Virus record (IMG/VR): IMGVR_UViG_3300032303_000488
Span: 1-64,000 of that record
Length of the DNA stretch: 64,000 nt
Reading direction: 5' to 3' (one strand)
Source of the DNA: a virus
Lineage: Duplodnaviria; Caudoviricetes
Below, one piece after another: positions 36,848-46,600 of the stretch. Both the position numbers and the translations under genes were made by a program. Below the pieces are notes generated by a model that was not told where the DNA came from, ran no database searches, and was given only the letters and a program-made list of their open reading frames with translations. Every line of letters starts with the position of its first letter. Within the stretch, counting starts at the first letter, position 1.

Positions 36848-37983
36848 TATAAAACATCCACCATATAACTAAATTCAATAAAACTTGAAGTGTTGTCTGA
36901 TTTTAAAATTGGCAAAGAGTCTGAGGTTTTCATAACCGTGTATGCTGTAAGACCATATACGTTGCTAAATGATGAAACATTTTCTAACCTTAATGCGTCT
37001 AGTGCTACATAAAAATCTCCTGCTGTTGCTGGAGAAGTTCCAGTTACCGAAACATAAATTTTAATAGTAGTAACTTTATCCCAAGAAAATGTTCCTGTTT
37101 TAAATAGTTCATTTATTTTTTTCTTAACTACAACATATCTATTATTTGTAAAATCCCATTGACCAGCAGATACCCCATTATCTAAATTAACAACAAAACT
37201 TGCGTATTGTGGACTAGCACCGTCAGTATTTGCAAATTGAACAAGTATTTTAACATTGCTTGGAACGTGTGTGCTCCCAATACCGCCTCTGTTTATTACA
37301 GTAAACGCCAACCGAATTTCATCCTCTGATGAGTTTTTAGTTAAATCTATTGTTTGTGTTGCTAAATGTATGTGGTCTCCTGAAGTGATGCTTAGGTCTG
37401 TGCCACTTACTGCAAGAATAGAAGAATCTCCCCTAACAAAAATTGTTCTATCAAAGAACCTTGGTCTTTCGTGTCTAGTAAGTCTATCTGGATTTTCTAA
37501 GTTATCAAATAATCCATTATTTGAATTTGTATAAAATACTTTATCGCCTATAGTAATTGCATTTGATGAACTATTAAAAATACCAGTAAGGTACAGAGGA
37601 ACAGGAACTATTGTTGATGATACATGAGACTCCCAAAGTTCATTAGAATCAAAAAATATTAATGACTGACTATCTAATCCAGTGGGTTTTGGATTATTTT
37701 CAGAAGGGTATACCCCAATTTCTGTTATTTCATATCTTTCTTCTGTTGGAAGTTCTGCTGTAAGTACTATCTTGGTTGTTCCAGAATCTGTTAATACACT
37801 TCTAGAAATAATTGGAACCCTGAGTGTCTCAAAGTCAAGGGATGTTTTTGTAGAATAATCTCCAAATACTCCGCCCGAAGCAAGAGGTTTTGGTCCACAA
37901 CCAATAGCCAAATATGAGGCGTACGAGTCTGTTTGTCCAACTAGGTACTTACCAATAATTTGTTTTCCAGTATTTGTAATCAT
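36847..37983 (-). CDS. Minor tail protein
   Basis: MITNTGK..IGKYL N-terminus typical of tail-tip proteins; position. Confidence 0.65.
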   Translation of the reverse strand: MITNTGKQIIGKYLVGQTDSYASYLAIGCGPKPLASGGVFGDYSTKTSLDFETLRVPIISRSVLTDSGTTKIVLTAELPTEERYEITEIGVYPSENNPKPTGLDSQSLIFFDSNELWESHVSSTIVPVPLYLTGIFNSSSNAITIGDKVFYTNSNNGLFDNLENPDRLTRHERPRFFDRTIFVRGDSSILAVSGTDLSITSGDHIHLATQTIDLTKNSSEDEIRLAFTVINRGGIGSTHVPSNVKILVQFANTDGASPQYASFVVNLDNGVSAGQWDFTNNRYVVVKKKINELFKTGTFSWDKVTTIKIYVSVTGTSPATAGDFYVALDALRLENVSSFSNVYGLTAYTVMKTSDSLPILKSDNTSSFIEFSYMVDVL

Positions 37984-37992
37984 AATAATCTC

Positions 37993-38673
37993 CTAATATA
38001 TTGTATCATTTTTAACGTAATTTGGTGCAAAAGTCTCCACTTGAAGTTTATACGATTGCTCTGTTTCAGAAATTGGAATGCTTACCGTTACCACAGAATT
38101 TGTCAATAAAGCACTATAAGATGTAAGATTATTTTGAAAATATGAGAAATTTCCTTTTTGTAATTTAATTATTTCTGTTGGTAAATAAAAATTTTTAGAA
38201 TCAACAATGTCTAAAATATTGTTGTTTAACACAGCATTATTTGTATAAAAATTTTGTCTATGAGCAACCTGTAAAATTTCATTTCCAGTCAAACTTTTAA
38301 GGCTAAGGGCTGCTTCAATTGCATAGTCTGGTTGTCCGTCAAAGAATGCGTATGTAAATATTGATGTGTCTGCTGTTTTTGTAGAAACCGCAGTTGTGGT
38401 AGTTGTGGTAGTGCTAGTAGTAGTAGTGGCTGAAGTTACAATTGGGTTTGGAATTATTGGAACACATCGAAGAGTTACGCTATCTATGTAACCACCAACA
38501 ATCTGTCCAGGAGCAAATTGACTTGCAGTTGCTGGAGAAAATGTTGGTCCACGACCCAGTTGTGTTCTTAGAACAGGACCATAGGGTGTGTTTACATATT
38601 TTGATGGTTTTGGTGCTTTAATTGATGGTGGAACTTCTGTTGTGTCGACTCCCCAATTTTCCCATTCTGGCAT
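37993..38673 (-). CDS. Minor tail protein with Thr-rich linker
   Basis: Poly-Thr tract; position. Confidence 0.6.
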   Translation of the reverse strand: MPEWENWGVDTTEVPPSIKAPKPSKYVNTPYGPVLRTQLGRGPTFSPATASQFAPGQIVGGYIDSVTLRCVPIIPNPIVTSATTTTSTTTTTTTAVSTKTADTSIFTYAFFDGQPDYAIEAALSLKSLTGNEILQVAHRQNFYTNNAVLNNNILDIVDSKNFYLPTEIIKLQKGNFSYFQNNLTSYSALLTNSVVTVSIPISETEQSYKLQVETFAPNYVKNDTIY

Positions 38674-41600
38674 TATGATACCTCACTTAAATATATAATT
38701 GTTGAAGGACCAGTTTCTGCTGTTTGATGCTCAATAGCATACACAACAAAGTTGTTGTCGGTTACAGTGTTAGGCAAAGTTTTGTTTGTGTCATAAGAAA
38801 ACTTAACTAAATCACCTAATTGAATAATTGGCATACCAAATATTTCAACAGCAACTGCTTTTCTAGGTTTAGATATTCTAGTAATTATATATTCCATTAA
38901 TTCTTTTGCAGTATCTTCACTTTGAATATACGGAGAATCAATTGCAAAGGCTTTATTGCCATATGTAACTCTATTATTTTTAATATCTGTGTATGTATTT
39001 TTATATACCTGCGAAGTATAATCACTGTTTGAAGAAAAATTACTACGATTAGTGTAAAATCCATCTACCGTTAATTCTCTTGCAATTTCTTCTGTATAGG
39101 CAACTCCAACAATGTTTAAAGTTGTGTCAATACTATCTCCGTTACCTAACCCCAAAGCAAAGTCAGAAGTATTAAAAACTAAAAATTCTGCACGATAGGG
39201 TGTGCTGTTATATCCAGCAATTAAGTATTGTGCAAGTGCTGCTGGTTGCGGTGCTATTTTAGAACGTAATGCTGGATATGCTTTATCAAATTTAACGTTA
39301 AGATATGCACACTCTCTCATAATTGTTCCAAACTCTTCGTAGTAAATGCTATTCTCAGGAATTTCAGAAGGGGATAGACTAGATAAAAATCCTGTTCTTA
39401 CTAGGGAGTTTACAGAATATTGGCTATAACTTAAATTTGAAGTTTTGTCGCCATTAAAAATTTCTGAAGATGCTTTAACTTCTGATGCCGCTGGCTTTTT
39501 CTTTAAAGTTTTTATAGCATAAACATTGTTAAACATTACTTGAGAAGAACCTCTTGTAAACAAAGATATGTTTTGAGATATTCCGTTTGTTACTGGTTCC
39601 TTATCTTGAACAGTTCCAAGAAGTCCACCATTAAAATAAAGAGATACTCTCCAATCTTTATTATTTATTTTATTAACTTTAATTCCTAAATCATAAATTG
39701 AATCTTCTGTTGAGTCTTGCAACTTTTTTACTTTAGAAGCAAACTTGCCAGAATCAACTAAAATATTTTGAAATCCTGAATAAAGAACTGTTGGTTTTAA
39801 TATACCACCTACAAGGTTTAGTCTATAAAAAAGAATTGTTTTTGTATCTATAGAATCTGTGATTATAAAATTTTTAGTATCTGCATAATTTAAAGCAACT
39901 ATTTCGTAGTAGTATCCTTCACCAGAGGTGTTTGTTAATATTCCAATTCCTCCAGATTCTCCATTAACTGGACCACTTAGATTTGTAGAAGTGTATAGTG
40001 GATAACTTCCAGAAAGTTTTTGTTTATCTAATTTGTTTCCTTTTTCATCAGTTTCTTGTGGTGTACCTAGCAACCTTAGTGTAGTGCCAAATATATCATA
40101 GGCTACAGTTGTTCCCAAATCTTTTTTTACATAATTTATTGATGGACCATTGTTAGATTTAACTGAAAAATTTGGTCCAGACAATAAAAGTGCAGATGCT
40201 TGTAAAGAACCCGAATGCTCATAATTTTTTGTGTTTACGTTGTATTTTGGTAAACTTAAAAAGTTTTTAATTGTTGTTTTTGGTGGCTTCATTTTAGTAT
40301 TTTTTAAATTTGTTTTATTAGCAACTATATCATTTGTAATTGTTGAAGATGTTTTGGAATTAAAAAGATATTGCCAATCTGTAACTAATGGTTCTATAGG
40401 GTTTTTCCAATTATAATCTAATTCTTTTTCAGTTGCTGTATGGTCTGTAATAGTTGTGCCAAATTGTCCACGACCATGTTTTGCAATTGTATTTTCTACA
40501 TATGTTCCGTCAGAGTTATATTTTGGTTCTGCATAGATTCTAATTATTCCAGTAGGATACATTTTTTGATTAAGAGATAACTCAGAATAGTATTTGATGT
40601 AGTCGTTATCATTTTGAATCCATACTTTTTGATTTCCAGCACTATATTGTATGGCATCATATCTAATAATTTCTCCATTTGCATAAAGATATCCGCTTGG
40701 TCTAGCCATCCAATAAACATTATCTCCAAAATCTATTTCATTATATTTAATTTCTTGATTAACAACTTTTGGTATTGACGTTGTTAATTTTGATGCCAAT
40801 GGCATTGCAGTTAAAACATATCCATTTGCAGTTATGTCTTCTCCATTTGGAGATTTAATTATTTTTTCTTGTCTATCATTTATTGACCACAAAACTACCT
40901 GCTCATAAGATAAGTATTTTTCTTTATCTAATAAACTTTCCGATGATACTTGATTTGATTGTTTTTTAATATAACGATTATAATAAGTTATTTTTCCATC
41001 ATTATAAATATCATTTGATTGTGATGATATGTTTATAATATTTGTTTTTTTGGTACCAGTGTCAAAACCGTAAATTGTAGTATTATAGTCTCTATCTGCT
41101 GGGCTGTCTGGTACTAAATATTTTTTGCTCATAACGATAAAGTTGTTTGACTCGTCAAAGAACATGGTTGTTTGTGTTGCAATGGCAATGTCCTGCAGAA
41201 CCTGCATAACTGTTTTGTTTGGTGAAATAAAGAAATTAGGAATAACGGTATCTTGCTCATCATTTAATCTTTTAAATGAATAATTAGAAAAACCAATTGA
41301 GTCTAATAATGTTGCAATAATATAACTTGTTGAGGCATTTGTTAAAAATATTTCTGGGGCTATTTGAGATTCAAGTTGAAATACAAAATCTCTTAATGTT
41401 ATTTTTAAATTTCTGTTAGAGTCATCATATTGAGGAAAACCATCTGCATACATTGTTTTTAAAGGAACATGATAGTCTTTATAACTATTGTCTGTTTGTT
41501 TTACTTTAGATATGGTTTCATAGAATTTTAATTGCAAATTTTTGGTAACAAAACTAAATTGCAAGTCATTTCCACTATAGGTATTTAATAAACTGTTTTC

Positions 41601-43010
41601 ATTATTTTGATTAAATACTGCGTTGTAGTCAAAGATAGACAATTCTCCGTTAGATGCTAGTAGTTGTCCTACTGGTAGAGAACTTACCCCTAAGTCTGAT
41701 GCATATTTTTTTAATGAGAATGAAGATGTTACATCTGTTAAGTCTACCGCCAATCTTGGAGAAAGTTCTATGAGGTCAAATATTGTTCTTTTATTTTTCA
41801 TGCTAGTTACAACAATTCTTAAACCATTTACATATTCAAACTCTCTGTATGTTAAAATATCATTTTCTGTATAACTTGGTGTCAAACTTTTGTCTAATTC
41901 TTTTAGAAACAATTGAGCATTTGATATTGAATCTTCGCTTCTATACCACCCATAAGTTGGAGTTATTGCAACATAATTACTCAAGGTTGTCAAACTTGTT
42001 CCACCATTATGAATATAAATAGTTCCTTTGTCCGTGTTTGATGATTTAACTAAGTATGATTGTCCAGCAAAAGTTTCTCCAGTCATGCTCGGTAGTGAGG
42101 ATGTTGAAGCCAGTGTCCCAAGCAGTAAAAATTTATCTTTATAGGTTGTAAGAATTTCTGAATTTGTTAATCCGTAAGAAAGTTCAAAGTATCCGTCCCA
42201 ACCAGCATCTAAAGTAAACTGGTCTGAAGTTGTAGAATAAATGTCTACCCAAGTATTACTGCTATTTAATTTTTGAACTTTCCAGGACAGTGGGGTAGAT
42301 TTATAATTAACGGTAGAGTTAATAAAAAATGGGTCTTTGTTTGTAGGACTAGCAGGACTAATCAATGCCCCACTATCAATAGTACTCACATTTGTCTGAA
42401 GTTTTATAACAACTTTATTTGTTGGAATTTGATTTTTATAAACTACAAAAGGTGCTGCGTCTTGGATTAGAGAAGGACTGTCGGATGTTGAAATACCAAA
42501 ATCAATATTTCCACTAGTTCTAAATGATGACCAATATTTAAAATTGTCATTTTTACCTGCTGGATAATATCTTGGTCTTGCAAAGATACTGCTTGAATAT
42601 GCTGGCAAGATGTATTTTCCATTTTCCCTTCCCCTTAATTTATTAATTCCAGAACGTGGTCTAAATTTTTTGAAACAATCTTCTAAAGACATTAAGTTTT
42701 TTTGTCTTTCGTTTGATGACAAAAAATTTACTGGTGTTGCACTTTCATTTGTATAGCCACCATCGATTGTAGTATCGTAATCTGTAAAACCATACCAAGT
42801 TCTATTTGCAACTAAAGTGTTTTCGTCTTCAAATACCCAAGTATTTGGAAGAGTGTTTGCAGGACTACCAGAAGTTGGTCTATTTTTATAGTTACCAATT
42901 GATTTAATATTTTCAAAAATATTTAAATTCCATTCGGCAAGTACTTTGCTTTTTGTTTCAATGGATGCCGATTCTTGCAGATGATTTGTTAAAGCGGTAT
43001 TGGTATACAC
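38673..43010 (-). CDS. Large tail-tip / baseplate hub-type protein
   Basis: About 1445 aa; start revised to GTG overlapping the upstream TAG; C-terminal IDSPYIQS...GMPIIQLGD pattern. Confidence 0.7.
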   Translation of the reverse strand: MYTNTALTNHLQESASIETKSKVLAEWNLNIFENIKSIGNYKNRPTSGSPANTLPNTWVFEDENTLVANRTWYGFTDYDTTIDGGYTNESATPVNFLSSNERQKNLMSLEDCFKKFRPRSGINKLRGRENGKYILPAYSSSIFARPRYYPAGKNDNFKYWSSFRTSGNIDFGISTSDSPSLIQDAAPFVVYKNQIPTNKVVIKLQTNVSTIDSGALISPASPTNKDPFFINSTVNYKSTPLSWKVQKLNSSNTWVDIYSTTSDQFTLDAGWDGYFELSYGLTNSEILTTYKDKFLLLGTLASTSSLPSMTGETFAGQSYLVKSSNTDKGTIYIHNGGTSLTTLSNYVAITPTYGWYRSEDSISNAQLFLKELDKSLTPSYTENDILTYREFEYVNGLRIVVTSMKNKRTIFDLIELSPRLAVDLTDVTSSFSLKKYASDLGVSSLPVGQLLASNGELSIFDYNAVFNQNNENSLLNTYSGNDLQFSFVTKNLQLKFYETISKVKQTDNSYKDYHVPLKTMYADGFPQYDDSNRNLKITLRDFVFQLESQIAPEIFLTNASTSYIIATLLDSIGFSNYSFKRLNDEQDTVIPNFFISPNKTVMQVLQDIAIATQTTMFFDESNNFIVMSKKYLVPDSPADRDYNTTIYGFDTGTKKTNIINISSQSNDIYNDGKITYYNRYIKKQSNQVSSESLLDKEKYLSYEQVVLWSINDRQEKIIKSPNGEDITANGYVLTAMPLASKLTTSIPKVVNQEIKYNEIDFGDNVYWMARPSGYLYANGEIIRYDAIQYSAGNQKVWIQNDNDYIKYYSELSLNQKMYPTGIIRIYAEPKYNSDGTYVENTIAKHGRGQFGTTITDHTATEKELDYNWKNPIEPLVTDWQYLFNSKTSSTITNDIVANKTNLKNTKMKPPKTTIKNFLSLPKYNVNTKNYEHSGSLQASALLLSGPNFSVKSNNGPSINYVKKDLGTTVAYDIFGTTLRLLGTPQETDEKGNKLDKQKLSGSYPLYTSTNLSGPVNGESGGIGILTNTSGEGYYYEIVALNYADTKNFIITDSIDTKTILFYRLNLVGGILKPTVLYSGFQNILVDSGKFASKVKKLQDSTEDSIYDLGIKVNKINNKDWRVSLYFNGGLLGTVQDKEPVTNGISQNISLFTRGSSQVMFNNVYAIKTLKKKPAASEVKASSEIFNGDKTSNLSYSQYSVNSLVRTGFLSSLSPSEIPENSIYYEEFGTIMRECAYLNVKFDKAYPALRSKIAPQPAALAQYLIAGYNSTPYRAEFLVFNTSDFALGLGNGDSIDTTLNIVGVAYTEEIARELTVDGFYTNRSNFSSNSDYTSQVYKNTYTDIKNNRVTYGNKAFAIDSPYIQSEDTAKELMEYIITRISKPRKAVAVEIFGMPIIQLGDLVKFSYDTNKTLPNTVTDNNFVVYAIEHQTAETGPSTIIYLSEVS

Positions 43011-43624
43011 TATGCTTCCTCCAGCGTCATAGAGATGTTCCACATGTCAAAGTTAGTACCCCCACGTTTTTGAACACTCCAAGTAAAATCTGTAATATAC
43101 ATTTCTAAAACTTCTTGATATTGAGCCAAATGCGTATAAGCAGCATCATTTCTGCCAAACTCATTAAACTTATCGTACGCTAAGAAAACATAAAAAGTTC
43201 CATAATGTTTTTCATACCAATCCAACAGTTCAACACCGCCAGCACCCCCATCTACCGTGTTTTTATCTACAAGGCTGGTTGGAAGACCTGTTGTTGTATC
43301 TATATTTGGGTCAGCACTGAATGACCTTGATGGCAACATATCCCAAGATACTGACAATGTTCTTTTGTCTGCAATCCAGTAAGAACGCATACGACCATTA
43401 ACCATACGTTGACGATTTTCAATTCTTTGTACTCCAAAATCAAGGGAACTTCTGCTGTGGTCTGACAAAACTATAAAACTACCAGTGTCATTTAAAGAAT
43501 TATTAATTTCATATCCAGAAGGAACATATGAGCCACCAGATAGTTCTCCTGCGTCCTCGGAAAAAAGAATAGCCTGTGGTCTAGCATACTGCTTTCTAGC
43601 ATTCATGTATGTTGAATTGGTCAT
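43010..43624 (-). CDS. Distal tail (Dit-like) protein
   Basis: Immediately downstream of the tape measure gene. Confidence 0.6.
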   Translation of the reverse strand: MTNSTYMNARKQYARPQAILFSEDAGELSGGSYVPSGYEINNSLNDTGSFIVLSDHSRSSLDFGVQRIENRQRMVNGRMRSYWIADKRTLSVSWDMLPSRSFSADPNIDTTTGLPTSLVDKNTVDGGAGGVELLDWYEKHYGTFYVFLAYDKFNEFGRNDAAYTHLAQYQEVLEMYITDFTWSVQKRGGTNFDMWNISMTLEEA

Positions 43625-46600
43625 CCGTTCAATCCTCTTATTCTTCCATTGTCAATCTGTCTAATCTTAGTCATTACCGCATTTGCTATCTGGTCTGGGT
43701 TTGAATTAGAACTTACATTGACGTTTATTTCATATGTGTTACTATTATACACTGAATCTCCTGCTACCGCTGATACTCCGCCCACAAGTCCACCATCTGC
43801 ATATCCATTAATCTTGTTAAGAGTTCCTGAACCAATTCTATCCACCGCTGACTTCTTAATAACAAATTCTCCTGGAGTAAGCATAGCAGGAACTGTATCT
43901 GTTCCCATAGCAAATCCACCATTTGCATATCCACCTTGGGCAAGGTATGAAGGAACCATTCCTCCACGAGAAAATCCTCCAAAGAATTTACCATTAAGAA
44001 CCATTCCACCATTAGCATATTGTGTAGGAGCAGGTTCTGGATTAGGCATAACAAATCCACCAGTGGCATATCTATTTGGGAAGAGTCTACCAAAAAGATT
44101 TTTCATAGGTGCTTTAGAATCTTTAGAAGGAAGCACCGAATCAATAAACTGTTTACCAGGATTTACTGTAATGCCTATTCCCTTAATACCCAACGAATCA
44201 AGTAACGCTTTCAATGCAGCCTTTCGTTCTGCCAAATCTGCTGCAATTTTTTCTACAGCCTGTGGTCCAAATCTATCAGTAGGATTTAGCATAATGGATT
44301 CTATATCTTTTACAGTAAATCCTCCAGGAAGATGTGCCTCAATATATGGGAAACTTGCTGGAGTCTTGATACCAGGAATTTCTTTACGCATAATATTTTG
44401 AGTAGATTCAAGAAGTCCGTGCATTGTTGGGTATGTTGAGAATATTGATGATAATTTTTGCACACCTGGATTTCTTTGTCCTAGTCTGAGTGCTTGGTCC
44501 CAAATTGAAAGACTATCTCCCATAGAAACTGTTGCCTTACCCAAAGTGCTAGGCTTTAGTTTTATGGTGTTGTCTCCATATCTCTGAACGTATCTACTAA
44601 ACGGATTTACAAGTTGATTAAAATTATTGATTGCCTGTTGAGAAGGAGTTTGCTTACCACGATTCCAAATAGAACCTTCGGTCATAAGCATGTCTTCTTT
44701 TGTTGTCAGGAATCCGTATGCTGGTGTTTGCTTTGAAGTAGCATTTGCAGGAATACCCATCATGTTTTGTTCAACTGCTATTCTGTTCATTAGACTATCT
44801 GAGGTAGAACTTCTAATACCAGGAACTCTCATGTTGCCATAGAAGTTATCCTTAAGCATGTTGTGCAGTGCGTCATTGGAAAGATTAAACCCTAATGTTG
44901 GTGTAAGTTTTTTAACCTTGCTGGCAATTCCCTGTGTTCCACTAACCATACCAACACCTGATTCATAGAATTTATCCGCCCAAGTTCCCAAAGCCGCCAA
45001 AGCATTTTTACCACCACGAATACCCAAACCTGTTTTAAGAAAATTACCTACTACTCCCAAACCTTTTCCAGCAAATTTTGCTAAAGAACCACCAAAGGCT
45101 CCAAGTGGTGCAAGAAGTGCATTTAGAATACCTCCGCCAACATCACCTTGACCAAAAGCGGTAGCAGAATCTCCTGCAAGCATTCCAGCACCAATACCTG
45201 GAGTAAAATATGCGGCAGTTCTTCCAAATTCCATAAGACCAGAGTCATCGTGTGCCAAAGCCCATCGTTGTCTTCTTACTACAGGGTCTTCTATTTTTAG
45301 CCATTCACCATTATTCCAAGGCTCGTCAAAGAAACTTGATGGATGCCATTTGCCATAAGCATCTAAACCTCCAGGGTCTCTAGGCTTAGGCTTAGGTTTA
45401 CCACCATCTTTGTATCCAACCAAACCACCATTGGCAAATTTTTGCATTGGATTTTTTGATGCATTTTGAAGTCTATAGAATAAGTCTCTCAAACCACCAG
45501 TCATACCAGATTGCATATCTCCAGTTTTTGCTGTCAGATTCATAAATTTTGCTAGTTCTGGATTATTTTTAATCATATCCTGAATAAGAGGATTTGTTTT
45601 AGCATTAATTGCAGCAATATTGATAGGGTCTAATCCACTCTTTTTTAAATCAAAACCTAACATGTTTGCTATTTTATTTATTTGTGGTGTAAGACTCTTT
45701 TTATGTGTTAGACTATCTGTAAATTTAGATGATTGGAATCCTCCAAAAAAATATGCATCTTTAAAATCTGCTGCACTTATTTCAGAAAGTCCATTCTTTT
45801 TAAGAATGTCATTTGTTTGACGTAAATTAAATCCTGAAGATTTCATGGCTTCTACAATGCTTGATGTTCTTTGTGCAAGTTCTTTAGTAAATAGATAGTC
45901 TACAGAATCTTGTCCTTCTGCAGTTAATGATGTAATTCCTAAATCAATATTTTCAAATCTTTTTGTTTTTTTATTAAACAAAATATTCATTCCATGAGTA
46001 TCACTATTACCTAAAAGTGCATTTGTTGGTAATGCTTCATCAATATATTTTCTTAACGCTTTAGCAAGGGTGTTAGCACCCTCAACTTTATTTGGTGCAT
46101 CATTAATATATTTTCTTAACCATCCTTGTGAAGAAGGAATTAGGTCTGGAATAATCTTACTTCCAACAGTTGTTCTATTAAGCATTTGAAGTTTTGGTCC
46201 ACCCAAACCTAATTTAGCCCAAATAGTTGAACCAATGAATTCTCCTGTTGTTTCAACAGTAGTGTCTGGTCTTTTTACATAATACTTTTCTCCATTAATT
46301 ATTCTATATGCACCAGGGGTTGCTCCTTCTGCCTCATTCAACAAATGTGTTGGAGTTATCTTTAAACCTTTTTTGGGTGTCTTTAATACTAGAGGGAATC
46401 CAAATGCTTGTGCTGCTTTTTTACCTACTCCCTTTACCGCCCCAGGCACAGCAGCAAAAGCATAATCTATTGGGTCTGTTGGGTCAAATATAAAATCTTT
46501 ATAGAATTGACTTGTATTCTTTGCACCAGTCTTAATTGTTTTTGCAGCGGTATTATTTAGATAAGCACTAGGATTTCCACCACCAGCATAAGTACCATTA

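Noticed and set aside
43649-44401. 250-aa + strand ORF
   Set aside because: Antisense shadow of the Gly-rich TMP C-terminus; Pro-rich composition mirrors GGN codons and there is no RBS.
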